DNA of 64,000 bases from Schizochytrium sp. TIO01. Taxonomy: Eukaryota; Protista; Bigyra: Labyrinthulomycetes. Position numbers and translations under genes: made by a program. The notes beneath the pieces are model-generated. The model worked only from the letters and a program-made list of their open reading frames with translations. It was not told the DNA's origin and did no database searches. Below are positions 34,785-44,443 of the stretch, one piece after another. The stretch spans positions 1,960,747-2,024,746 of the forward strand of contig SMSO01000037.1 in assembly GCA_004764695.1 (NCBI GenBank), in the 5' to 3' direction. Positions within the stretch are counted from its first letter, which is position 1, and the number at the start of each line of letters is the position of its first letter.

Positions 34785-37178
34785 TCAGTTAATTCGCAAA
34801 ACATCTGGAGTGATGGGAACACCATTAGAGTTGCTGCCACTGTTCTGCCGACGGCGACGGGTGCCCCAGTCCATGGTCCTGTCTGATGTGGGAATCTGAG
34901 AGTACTCAGGACCCTCCTCTGTCATAGCAAAGAGTTTTTTGCCGCCGTAGAAGCAAGTAGCTCCGAAACCCAGCATTATCAAAAATGCCATAAAGGACGA
35001 GCTTTGATCACTTGAGTTGCTTGACGAGTACAATGGCGGCGTGTAGTCAGAGGACCAACCGGAGTTTGTCGCGGCATTGTTCGAGATCTCTCCGCCATAA
35101 AACTCAGACTCTTCCTTCTTTGCGCGGTCTGAAGCAGGGGTAGGGTGGTCGTAACTATCACCCGTGTCTGAATTCTCGTCTACATCGTCATTCCAGATTG
35201 AATCATCGAAGCTGTTATCACTATCCGTATCTTCGTCGTCGTCGCGGGTGATAGAATCAGCAAAAGGGTCCTCATGAGGCTGGCGGTCATCTTCATTACC
35301 ATACATTTCCTTAAGGCGATTGCTATCGTCAGTAGCATCCTCGTTTTCATCATCTATAAAATTCACATCACTATCCCAGTCAGAGCTATCTTTGTCACTA
35401 TTACCGTTGTCCGAGTTTCTGCCCTCCGTTTCGTCAAGAAGATTGTCACCATCACCGGTTTGGACTAAGTCATTATACTCATCAGTTGCCTTGTCTTCAT
35501 TTGATGAGGAGTCGGATTCATCAACTAACTCCAGCCCGTTCTCTTCATTTAATGTGTCATCGTCATTAGAGGAGGAGTCGCTCTTACTTTGCGAGTCATC
35601 ATCGATTTCTTCAAGGTCGAGATCCAGGTCTTCATCAACAGAACTTTGTGAAGAGCCAGAGCTGGTGGTATTTGTGGCAGGTTCAGGTGCTGTTGTTGTA
35701 TTCTGTGGAGCACTGGATGTCTCTTTCGGTGCAGTCGTGAGGTCTCCCTCTTCTTCTTTGTCAGCACCCGTTACTTTCTCAGCAGGCAGAAGTGTTGAGT
35801 TGGTATTCGTTTCGGTAGAGTTGTTGCCTTTCTCTGAAACGGTTATGTTATTCGACTTGGTCTTCTTAGAGATACTGTTGGTACCTTCATCCGTAGATGT
35901 TGAATTGGGTTCAGAGGAGGGAGTTGGGTCATCTGTTGCGGCATGGTCTGGAGAAGCTGTTTGGTTAACACCTGTAGTAAGATTGCTAGCCATAGACGAG
36001 TTGCTTGATGTGGCGGGGTTCGTCTTTCCTTCTTGTTTGCCCGTAGGTTTCTCATCAACAGGCACAGGCTTCTGATGAGCTAAAGTTGTAGTTGAGTTCT
36101 TTTCAGATTCAGGGGCTTTCACACTATGCTCCGTTGGTTCAGAGAGATCCGTGCTATTCCCCGCAACACTCGGAGCGACCTTGGTAGGCAAGGAGTAAGT
36201 GCTATTCTGTGCCTTCTTGTCATTTGCTTTTGGTTTCTCAGTACTATTGGAGGCTTTCTCTTCAGTTGGTTTAGTAATAGTACTATTACTAGGTGCCGCA
36301 GTGGTTTCAGGAACAGAAGATTTCACAACAGACGGTTTGCTGGAGCCTGGAGTCTCGTGCTTTGGGTTGATTTCACTAGGCAAAGAGTTCGTCGAGTTTG
36401 ACTTTGTTGATGTTGAAGTATTCTTTGCGGTTTTATCAGCACTCGTTTCGTTTTTAATACTTTCTACTTCTGCTTCTGCAGTAGGAGTAGAAGAAGTTTC
36501 TTCTGTGCTATCACCGCCCAAAATATGCATAGTTTCACCATCAGCATCAGGGATTGTCTCCGGGGCATAGTCAGGATCCTCAACATCATCTGCGCTCGTG
36601 TTTTCTGTTGAAGAGAAAGTGGAGGAACCGATGGCAGCTCCTTTGTCATCCACGTTCTCAGTTGATCTCGTGTCAGTACTATTTTCTTCGAGAATTTCAG
36701 GTACAGTCGGCGAAGCTGTCTTCACGACAAGGTTCTCCTCGAGAATTTCAGGTACAGTCGGCGAAGCTGTCTTCACGACAAGGTTCTCCTCGAGAATTTC
36801 CGGTACAGTCGGCGAAGCTGTCTTCACGACAAGGTTCTCCTCGAGAATTTCAGGTACAGTCGGCGAAGCTGTCTTCACGACAAGGTTCTCCTCGAGAATT
36901 TCAGGTACAGTCGGCGAAGCTGTCTTCACGACAAGGTTCTCCTCGAGAATTTCAGGTACAGTCGGCGAAGCTGTCTTCACGATAAGGTTCTCCTCGAGAA
37001 TTTCAGGTACCGTTGGTGCTGCGGTCGGAATCTGCAGATTGCTATTCTTGAGGCCTCTCAGGCTTGTGGTAGTTTCTGCGTGGGTAAAACACACACAGAC
37101 TAGTACCACAATGAATCCGAGAGTCAGAGAACCACGCAATGGACGGCGGCCAGCTTTCTGTTTGTTTTGGACTGTCAT
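34785..37178 (-). CDS. Mucin-like Ser/Thr/Asp-rich type I membrane glycoprotein with 17-aa tandem repeats
   Basis: Signal peptide, many NxS/T sites, acidic stalk, TM FMAFLIMLGFGATCFYG, tail YSQI. Confidence 0.85.
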   Translation of the reverse strand: MTVQNKQKAGRRPLRGSLTLGFIVVLVCVCFTHAETTTSLRGLKNSNLQIPTAAPTVPEILEENLIVKTASPTVPEILEENLVVKTASPTVPEILEENLVVKTASPTVPEILEENLVVKTASPTVPEILEENLVVKTASPTVPEILEENLVVKTASPTVPEILEENSTDTRSTENVDDKGAAIGSSTFSSTENTSADDVEDPDYAPETIPDADGETMHILGGDSTEETSSTPTAEAEVESIKNETSADKTAKNTSTSTKSNSTNSLPSEINPKHETPGSSKPSVVKSSVPETTAAPSNSTITKPTEEKASNSTEKPKANDKKAQNSTYSLPTKVAPSVAGNSTDLSEPTEHSVKAPESEKNSTTTLAHQKPVPVDEKPTGKQEGKTNPATSSNSSMASNLTTGVNQTASPDHAATDDPTPSSEPNSTSTDEGTNSISKKTKSNNITVSEKGNNSTETNTNSTLLPAEKVTGADKEEEGDLTTAPKETSSAPQNTTTAPEPATNTTSSGSSQSSVDEDLDLDLEEIDDDSQSKSDSSSNDDDTLNEENGLELVDESDSSSNEDKATDEYNDLVQTGDGDNLLDETEGRNSDNGNSDKDSSDWDSDVNFIDDENEDATDDSNRLKEMYGNEDDRQPHEDPFADSITRDDDEDTDSDNSFDDSIWNDDVDENSDTGDSYDHPTPASDRAKKEESEFYGGEISNNAATNSGWSSDYTPPLYSSSNSSDQSSSFMAFLIMLGFGATCFYGGKKLFAMTEEGPEYSQIPTSDRTMDWGTRRRRQNSGSNSNGVPITPDVLRIN
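36688..37010. repeat. 51-bp coding minisatellite, 6 full copies plus a partial copy
   Basis: Unit TCGAGAATTTCAGGTACAGTCGGCGAAGCTGTCTTCACGACAAGGTTCTCC at 36688, 36739, 36790, 36841, 36892, 36943 and 36994 (partial); encodes PTVPEILEENLVVKTAS. Confidence 0.97.
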
Positions 37179-38141
37179 GTTACCTTCCCTTTAACCAAAT
37201 CAACTTTCTAAAAAGTAACAACCAAGCCTTTCATTCACAGCGACTCTAACCTACGCAAGTGCCTAGTCAGGGAGCAATCTTTGATTACTTGCCCAAAATT
37301 TAGTCAGTAAGAAACCAATCCTCCAATCGTAAATTTGCAGTGCAAAAGTACCTACTAGTGCTTGTTCACAAAGAGCAATTTAGGGCGTTTAGCGAAACAG
37401 GCAAAGCTCTTGAGTGCGTGTGTAGAGCACAAGCAGCCCAATTGCAAAGGAGAGTAATACCAAAGAAAGTGTAGAAATGTTTCACTCTGAGCGCTTTTGC
37501 TCCACGTGGCGGTCAATGATGCTCGTTTCAGGGAGGCGCAAGCCCCCTTTGCCGCAAAAGCGTGGGCGCAGCTGGGCTGGCAAAACACGCGAGGAGAGGC
37601 GTGGCGATCTCTCTCACCGAGTGACAGTGACGACACAAAAAGGAGTTTGAGGTAGAGCTTGAGGCAAGTTTGCGAGAAAATGAGAGAAAGCTCAATTGAG
37701 GAGGTTCACTTGAGCAAATGGCCGAATAATCCTCAACAAAATGAGAATGATACAAAGTCAAAAAAGAAGACTGACTCTCTGTAGACAGGCACCGTCCTCT
37801 AGGGTAGTGCCAGGACAGAGCCCGGGTTTGCGGCGGCGAATCTGGGCTCGAGACAAAGCCCGTTCAGCATCTATTAAAACTTGTATAGCCCTGACTATGC
37901 AAATACACAAATGTATAAATGCGGCGCCAAAGTGCACCGAAAGTATTGGGGCCGTTAATAGTGCGTCGTGTTGGTGCAAAGCCCAGTTAACCTGGATAAT
38001 TGACTTGGGCAGCACGTGGCAGACCCAGATCAGGATAAAATTGACGAATATACACAGTCTGGGCTTGATACGAAGGCTTGTTTGAACTCCCAGGCAAGCC
38101 TTAACAGGTTTCCATGCAGTGGTAAGGAGGAGGAGCTGACA

Positions 38142-41100
38142 ATGCAAGATGTCCATCGTGGCAATATCAGTAGCCCTAGGCTTGGGGATAAGATGTATTG
38201 GAGCAACAGAACACCTTGCAAGATCATCATGAGGGAATGGAGCGCCAAAGACTTAGTATCGTTCAAAGGAGTCAAGTCTTGGAGGAGAAGAGTGAAAGTC
38301 GAGGTGGAACCCTGGGACGATGTTCAGGCTGCCTCGAGTTTAGCAGTATGCAGTGATGATGAGGATCATGGAATGAGTGAGTGGAACAATACCTTTGACA
38401 ATCGTCTCGCTCTTCACATACCTGAGTACTCTGTACATGAATCTCCGCATATTATATTTTCTATCATCGAGGAGACTCGCTCTTCAGAGCTTTCATTGGA
38501 GAAGAATGAACAAATCATTGCAGTAGGAAGAATGCCCTTAACTTCTTTTCTTGAAATGTTTGATGAAAATAGTTCAAGTGATATAAATGTGCAACTTAAG
38601 CCCCAAGGTCAACTGAAAGTCAATGTTACCGTAATGAACGACATCTCTGGAGAAGAGACAAGTGAAAAACAGACCTCTCGATCAGGATTTTATGGTACCC
38701 ACAAACGACCTTCAGCCATTCGTACAGCAAACTTAAATGAGCTCATGGATAAGTTACGTAAAGGTTATGAGCACGCGAAAAGAAATGTACTCGGGCGTCG
38801 CTCGTTTGAGTCTGTATTCGAGTCATTTGATCAAGATCGTAGTGGTCTCGTCACGCGACCTGACTTTGTCAAAGGCTTGCACAAATTGAACATTAGGCTC
38901 ACTATGCCAGAGACAGGAGTTCTAATGAACATGTTAGAGCTATCAGAAAGCCCACGAGGGGACTTTCAGACTCCTAAACACTCTCTAGTTCACTATATTG
39001 AGCTTGAAGACCTTATTCTTGAGCACATGAGTAAAGACAGACATCCTGTAAGCCCAACCGGAGAGATACTTCTGGTTGATGAGGACATCCGCTTAAAACT
39101 ACGCGAATTAGTAAAGCAAGCCCGCTCTAGGGGGATTTCAACTCGTAAAACATTTGCTCACTTTGATAAAATGCAGACAGGGAATGTGTCCAAGCATGAT
39201 TTTCAACGAGGCCTAGAGCAACTTGGATTCACCTTGAGTGTTCGCGAGCTGGTTGCTCTCTTGGCGGAACTTGATCAAGACCAAAATGGATATATATCCT
39301 TAGCTGAGTTCTATAGCTTCGTCGAAGGTCAGAATAGCCAGACCTCACCTTTTTCGCCAATTTGGTCTCCAGAAAGCAAAGCTAATAATGAGGAGAAAGT
39401 TGGACGGCAAAGCGCATTTGCTGCTGCTTCGCTAAGTTCTCATTCCTACGTAGATGGCGCCCCGTTGCTTTCTAGTGATGGGAGATCCACCAAACCTTTG
39501 GCAAATACCAAGGAGAAAGAGTTGTTGCAGCAACTAAAGGCAGAGAATAAAAAATTACTAGCAAGTCTGAAAACATGTAAGGAGCGAATCCAAAAAGCAG
39601 AGCTGCGTTGTGCGAAAGCTGAGGCAGAAAATAATTCTATTGTTCAACGTGCAAAACGCCAGATCATAGCAGAAGAAAAAAGTTTGTTGCAATGTAATTT
39701 TGTGAAACTTATCAATGAGGCCATCGCAGAGCACTTCCCCAAACATTCAAGTGATGAGGACTCATTCGCGGATGATGAGGCTTACGACCTTCGAGAGCAA
39801 GCCCACATTGCCTTTGAAGGTCTTTTGGAAAAGGATATTGCGAAACTACGTCGTCAACTTGAAGAACAAACTGCTAGAATAAGTGAGTCGGAGCGCCAGG
39901 CAGCTGAGGCTAAGTCTCATCTAACTCGTTTCATATCTCTTTTTTTCTCTAAACCAGAGATATTTGTTCCTCGGCTTGCAAAATTATCATTTCGCTCATC
40001 TCATATTGTGCGTTGCTTCATAAGCAAAGCCATACATGCAGGATTCTCTTCAAGTAAAGAGTACTTTAAAACCACCTTCAGGACCGACATCATAACCCTC
40101 AAAGATCTTCAAGCTCTTCTTGAACCAGAATCATTGTCGCAAACAGATTTGAGTACCCTTGCACAAGAGCTTGGTTCACAGGGGTTGAAGTGGTGCTCAA
40201 CACTGGTTATTTTGAATGGCCAGAACACTGAATGTAGTTATGACGTGTTGGAATTGGCCAAAGGGCTCGACCACTGCTATGAGTGGGACATAAATTCCCT
40301 TTTCAAACATAACCTGGATTGTCAAATGGGCCAATATAAAATAGATTTCGATGAAAGCAATTCGTTTGTAGAAGTTGCGTCACCAGCGAGCACTGCCGCT
40401 AGTGAGATGCCAGCTCCTTTAGCTGCAATCGTTCGAGCTGCAGAATCTAGATTTGAGAAGACTGGGCTTGGCGCTTCCTCCTGGTTTCAAAATATCCCAT
40501 TGACAGGTTACGCTGAATGGGAACAACTGCGTCTTGACTTTGAAGATCTGAACGACGATTTAGAATATGGACATGCCCCAACCTTTCGTAGCACGCTGGA
40601 ACTTGAAGAGTCTTTCCAGTGGATTTGCTCGTTTTGGCCTGCCGTTGACGGGACTAAGTTAAAGAGGTGCTGGGTACAGGAAGGCAAAATTGCAATTCAT
40701 GAGTTTTGCCAAACGATTGACGCTCTATCTGCAGATATGCGAATTCAACAAGACCTAGAAGAGAAGCAGCTGAGCATTCGATATCCAAGCATTGACGCTG
40801 ATGCCTTTGCATTATCCCGACTGTTTCTTAAATTCTCTCCGCAAGAACATTCTTCCCGCTGGCCGCCATTAGTTAAGTTTGGACGGGAACCTTACGATTG
40901 TGTCAGGCTTCTAGAAGGTGATTCTACAGTTGAGCACAGCACGTCGCGAGCACGGAATGTGCTCGCTTTTGTAGCAGGTTCACTTGGTAAAGGTGATAGA
41001 GATGCTGTTATCATGCAAATGAATAGAGATATTGGTGGCTCGGGGATATGGGGGTTATGCGTGACCTGTGAAGGTGCCGCAAATCGACCGGCGCGAGGCG

Positions 41101-41999
41101 CTGCTGTGTATATGCATACAGGAGAAGCACGCGTTGAGGGGGTTAGCCCTGACAGTAAGGAGTATCAGTCTTTGTTGACAGACTTCCGTGAGGATTTGGA
41201 TCTTTTAGAATCATACTCTATTGTTCCGCATGAAGTCCTTATTCAGACGTTTGAGGAGATTGATACTTCAGATGAGGAAATTCTTGTATGTATGTACAAA
41301 AGATTCTTTTCTGGCAACTTAGGTCTACTATCAAGCCTTGTTGCCCGTTCTAGTTCGTTAATAGAAGACCACGTACAATCGCGACAAACATCTCATGATG
41401 CATTGTCCCGGGAAAATCTGTTTATTTGGAAAGCCCGTGAAATTGAGTGTCGGATGCGTCTACAGCATCAGGACGAGATTTTGCGCGTGTTAACCCCTGA
41501 TCGATGGACCATGGAGACCAAATTCAAGGATTCCTGCTGTGCAGGGTATAATGGAGATGTGAGCTATGCTGTTATGAGTTTGTTTCAAGACTTTAAGCTT
41601 ATTATTGGGGCCTCGCCGTGGCAGCTTCTGTTGCGATCTGTTCAGGGGGATAATAAATCCCTGGGACCTTTTGTGAAAAAGTTGAACAAGTTTCGAGAAG
41701 AGCTCTGCCAGATGTTGCACCTTTCGCCGGGGCATTTGCAAGATTTCACAATGTGTATGCAGCGGCTTTTGAATAAACGACAGCACATGCACCACTCGCA
41801 CTTTAAAGGTCTACGGTTTGGCGATCGGATAGCTGCAAAGGTTAACACCGATCGTGGGTCCGTCACATTTTATGTAAATGGAGAACTACAGACGACATTG
41901 ACGCCAATCTGTTCTCAGCCATGGAGATTCGCATGGTTCACTAATCGTGCTGGTTCTGCCACCATCGTTCAATCTCCATTTGAATTAAAGATAGCATGA
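38142..41999 (+). CDS. Large C2-like / EF-hand / coiled-coil / SPRY-like protein
   Basis: Open frame 38016-41999, first ATG 38142; EF loops DQDRSGLVTRPD, DKMQTGNVSKHD, DQDQNGYISLAE; C-terminal GDRIAAKVNTDRGSVTFYVNG. Confidence 0.8.
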   Translation: MQDVHRGNISSPRLGDKMYWSNRTPCKIIMREWSAKDLVSFKGVKSWRRRVKVEVEPWDDVQAASSLAVCSDDEDHGMSEWNNTFDNRLALHIPEYSVHESPHIIFSIIEETRSSELSLEKNEQIIAVGRMPLTSFLEMFDENSSSDINVQLKPQGQLKVNVTVMNDISGEETSEKQTSRSGFYGTHKRPSAIRTANLNELMDKLRKGYEHAKRNVLGRRSFESVFESFDQDRSGLVTRPDFVKGLHKLNIRLTMPETGVLMNMLELSESPRGDFQTPKHSLVHYIELEDLILEHMSKDRHPVSPTGEILLVDEDIRLKLRELVKQARSRGISTRKTFAHFDKMQTGNVSKHDFQRGLEQLGFTLSVRELVALLAELDQDQNGYISLAEFYSFVEGQNSQTSPFSPIWSPESKANNEEKVGRQSAFAAASLSSHSYVDGAPLLSSDGRSTKPLANTKEKELLQQLKAENKKLLASLKTCKERIQKAELRCAKAEAENNSIVQRAKRQIIAEEKSLLQCNFVKLINEAIAEHFPKHSSDEDSFADDEAYDLREQAHIAFEGLLEKDIAKLRRQLEEQTARISESERQAAEAKSHLTRFISLFFSKPEIFVPRLAKLSFRSSHIVRCFISKAIHAGFSSSKEYFKTTFRTDIITLKDLQALLEPESLSQTDLSTLAQELGSQGLKWCSTLVILNGQNTECSYDVLELAKGLDHCYEWDINSLFKHNLDCQMGQYKIDFDESNSFVEVASPASTAASEMPAPLAAIVRAAESRFEKTGLGASSWFQNIPLTGYAEWEQLRLDFEDLNDDLEYGHAPTFRSTLELEESFQWICSFWPAVDGTKLKRCWVQEGKIAIHEFCQTIDALSADMRIQQDLEEKQLSIRYPSIDADAFALSRLFLKFSPQEHSSRWPPLVKFGREPYDCVRLLEGDSTVEHSTSRARNVLAFVAGSLGKGDRDAVIMQMNRDIGGSGIWGLCVTCEGAANRPARGAAVYMHTGEARVEGVSPDSKEYQSLLTDFREDLDLLESYSIVPHEVLIQTFEEIDTSDEEILVCMYKRFFSGNLGLLSSLVARSSSLIEDHVQSRQTSHDALSRENLFIWKAREIECRMRLQHQDEILRVLTPDRWTMETKFKDSCCAGYNGDVSYAVMSLFQDFKLIIGASPWQLLLRSVQGDNKSLGPFVKKLNKFREELCQMLHLSPGHLQDFTMCMQRLLNKRQHMHHSHFKGLRFGDRIAAKVNTDRGSVTFYVNGELQTTLTPICSQPWRFAWFTNRAGSATIVQSPFELKIA

Positions 42000-42256
42000 G
42001 GTGTAGTATTTTATCTGATTAATCAATAAGGACAAACTTCAAAACTCACGGTTCCCGAAAATGGAACCAATAATAATGAATGGGATGCATGGAATAGGTG
42101 CCCTCTTTCGAATTCAATTGTCAAAGTTATATATTAAAAGATGATCTCTGAATAGAATGGCAGTTGCATTAGGTGCAGGTGAGTGGTGATAGCTACGTCT
42201 TTCTAAGGGAAGTAGTGATGTTTTTTTCTCAAGAAAATCGAAGAGACGGCTACGAT

Positions 42257-43645
42257 TTATAAGACAGCCATTGAGTTGTGGTGACTTGGAGAAGACGAAA
42301 AATTCGATTTTGCACCTGAAGCGCCCAATTCAAATTGGTGTTCTTCAGTACTATCGCCCAGATCCACATAAGCTGTCTCGCGTCCGAGACACATTCGGCA
42401 GTACTTGCGGTAGCGGCGCTTTCGGCAACAACAAATGCAAAGAAGAGAGAAGGCAACGATGATTGCGATGAGCCCCCAGAACGCCATGGTGTACACAGAA
42501 TCAACCTTGTTGGTGAGAGATAATGTAGTTATGTAAGTATGTTGGTTCGGGTTTTCGTTGTTGTCTGAAACAAGCACAAATTCTTTCGAGGGGAGCAGAA
42601 CTAAGCCCTCAAAATTATCTGTCAATCCATTACCCTCCACAGGGAAGCTAAAGACTGGTTTGTTCCAATGTGGCTCTAGAGGCGTATGCGCATGGAGTTT
42701 TGCGGAGAGTTCGTCACGAGAGAGGGAAGCAACGCCCTGTTTGTCAAAGGTGAGAGAGATTGCATATTGAGCCTTGAGTTGAACATAGAATATGTCCACC
42801 TTATCTACATTCCACTCAGCAATGTACTTCCTTTCCATGATTGTTGCAAATTGCGAGTTTTCGTCGATAAAGGTAACATCGACGACCCCTGCATCGTCGT
42901 CATCGTGCTGGAGATCGTAGCGAAAGATCTGGCAGGAGTTGGTATCACGATCATATACCACAAGGCGACGAATGCGTCGAGACACCTCGTCGTCGATTGG
43001 CATTGGGTCTTCAGTTGTGAAAATGACCTTGCGGTGATCTACGGAGGTTGACATACCTTCGAATCCACCGTTGAGAAATTGGTTCTCACTCTCAAGACCA
43101 ACTGCTGTTAATACTGCCGAACTAACAAACTCAAGATCCTTGATGGTTCCATTGACATAGTATTCGGCAATTCTGGCCGTTGTATGGGCGTTTCGTTCGC
43201 TGCCGACAAGAATGGTTGTGCCTGGATCGTCCAGAGGACAACTAGCCTTGTCCTTGTCATCGCAAATTACCGAAAGGCTCTCTGCATCAACAAAGACATC
43301 ACCAGCAGGAATCTCTAGGTTCAATGAGCTTACGAACTCCACGTTACGTACACCAGATCTTCGCATGAAATACAGCCTTCCAGCATCTCCCACGGCCACC
43401 AGTGTGGTGAAATCATCGGCATGTGCTAAGCCAGAAAGCTCGCCTACGGGTGGGTTAAGCCTGCCTGAATCCGAAAAGTTTAAGGGGATTTCTACAGAGC
43501 CTTCAAACTTACCAGAGAACCTTTTACAGCCTTCATCTATTGCACTTTCGCATTGATGTTCAAGCTCAAGCCCAAAAATACCTTCTGTCGTCTGACCCGG
43601 TGCTGAAGCCGTCTTCAGTGTTCTTCTTTGTCCCTCTGCTGCCAT
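42257..43645 (-). CDS. Esterase-like activity of phytase family (beta-propeller) protein with C-terminal TM helix
   Basis: GELSGL, DAESL, NGGFEGM, DNFEGL..LVSDNN motifs; TM FWGLIAIIVAFSLL followed by CICCCRKRR; start uncertain (first ATG 43645). Confidence 0.78.
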   Translation of the reverse strand: MAAEGQRRTLKTASAPGQTTEGIFGLELEHQCESAIDEGCKRFSGKFEGSVEIPLNFSDSGRLNPPVGELSGLAHADDFTTLVAVGDAGRLYFMRRSGVRNVEFVSSLNLEIPAGDVFVDAESLSVICDDKDKASCPLDDPGTTILVGSERNAHTTARIAEYYVNGTIKDLEFVSSAVLTAVGLESENQFLNGGFEGMSTSVDHRKVIFTTEDPMPIDDEVSRRIRRLVVYDRDTNSCQIFRYDLQHDDDDAGVVDVTFIDENSQFATIMERKYIAEWNVDKVDIFYVQLKAQYAISLTFDKQGVASLSRDELSAKLHAHTPLEPHWNKPVFSFPVEGNGLTDNFEGLVLLPSKEFVLVSDNNENPNQHTYITTLSLTNKVDSVYTMAFWGLIAIIVAFSLLCICCCRKRRYRKYCRMCLGRETAYVDLGDSTEEHQFELGASGAKSNFSSSPSHHNSMAVL

Positions 43646-44443
43646 CTTATCTCTGCTGCACCCAGCACAGCAGCACCGGAAGAAGAAGATAGGCGTCAAG
43701 CCTCGGAGTGAAGCGCAAAGCAAGCTTGTCTGAATTGAAGCTCTATAGGTCTGAGTTTGTGAATTGCAAGTGAGTTGAGGTTTCGATCGTGCGTGTGAAG
43801 TTCAAGAATTACTCCTGTAGATGGAGGTAGATGAGTGCATCTTCGAAAAGAAATATTATTACTTTATTTTATTTTTAACAAGAAGAAGAAAGATATAGAA
43901 GTAAGTAGTTCTAGGCGACCTAGTAACTCTTTATTTAACAGTGGAGTTGTTTTCTTTTCAAGAATTTCATTCTGAGTCGTTCATAGATTGTTTGTTTTAA
44001 TTAAAATCATTAGGCATAGTAGGTCATTCTATTCTTCGCATATTCTTTTCGTGCAGACTGCAAATCAAGAAAGCACTAAGCCTGCCGGACTTGCATGCCT
44101 CTTGCGGCCCTGCGGGCAGAGGAGCGCTGGGGAGACCACCTCTTTTTTGATTGCTAAAGATCCTCCCGTAAGACCTCGCCTTGTCTTCACTAGGGGATCG
44201 ACCTCTCCGACCGTGCAGAATATCCATCGATATCCATCAACTCAACGTTGCTGTGTTTTTCGATTTGCTACCAGTGTACAGAGCGATTTGCACTGGGGGG
44301 GGGCGTCTCTAACAGAGGCAACGTTTACCAAAGTGGGACCGTTCTTTGTGAGGCTGTTCTTCTAAAACTTGCCCGTCGTCAAAACTCAGTTCACTTCTTC
44401 TAAGCGTGTTGTGCCGGGTCAAACTTAACTGCTTTCTCTAAAA

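Noticed and set aside
36688-37010. Regular repeat array resembling CRISPR
   Set aside because: Head-to-tail identical units with no unique spacers, in frame within a CDS, and no cas genes.
35320-37194. Long plus-strand ORFs opposite the mucin-like gene
   Set aside because: Antisense shadows of a low-complexity CDS; the same applies to antisense ORFs over other genes.
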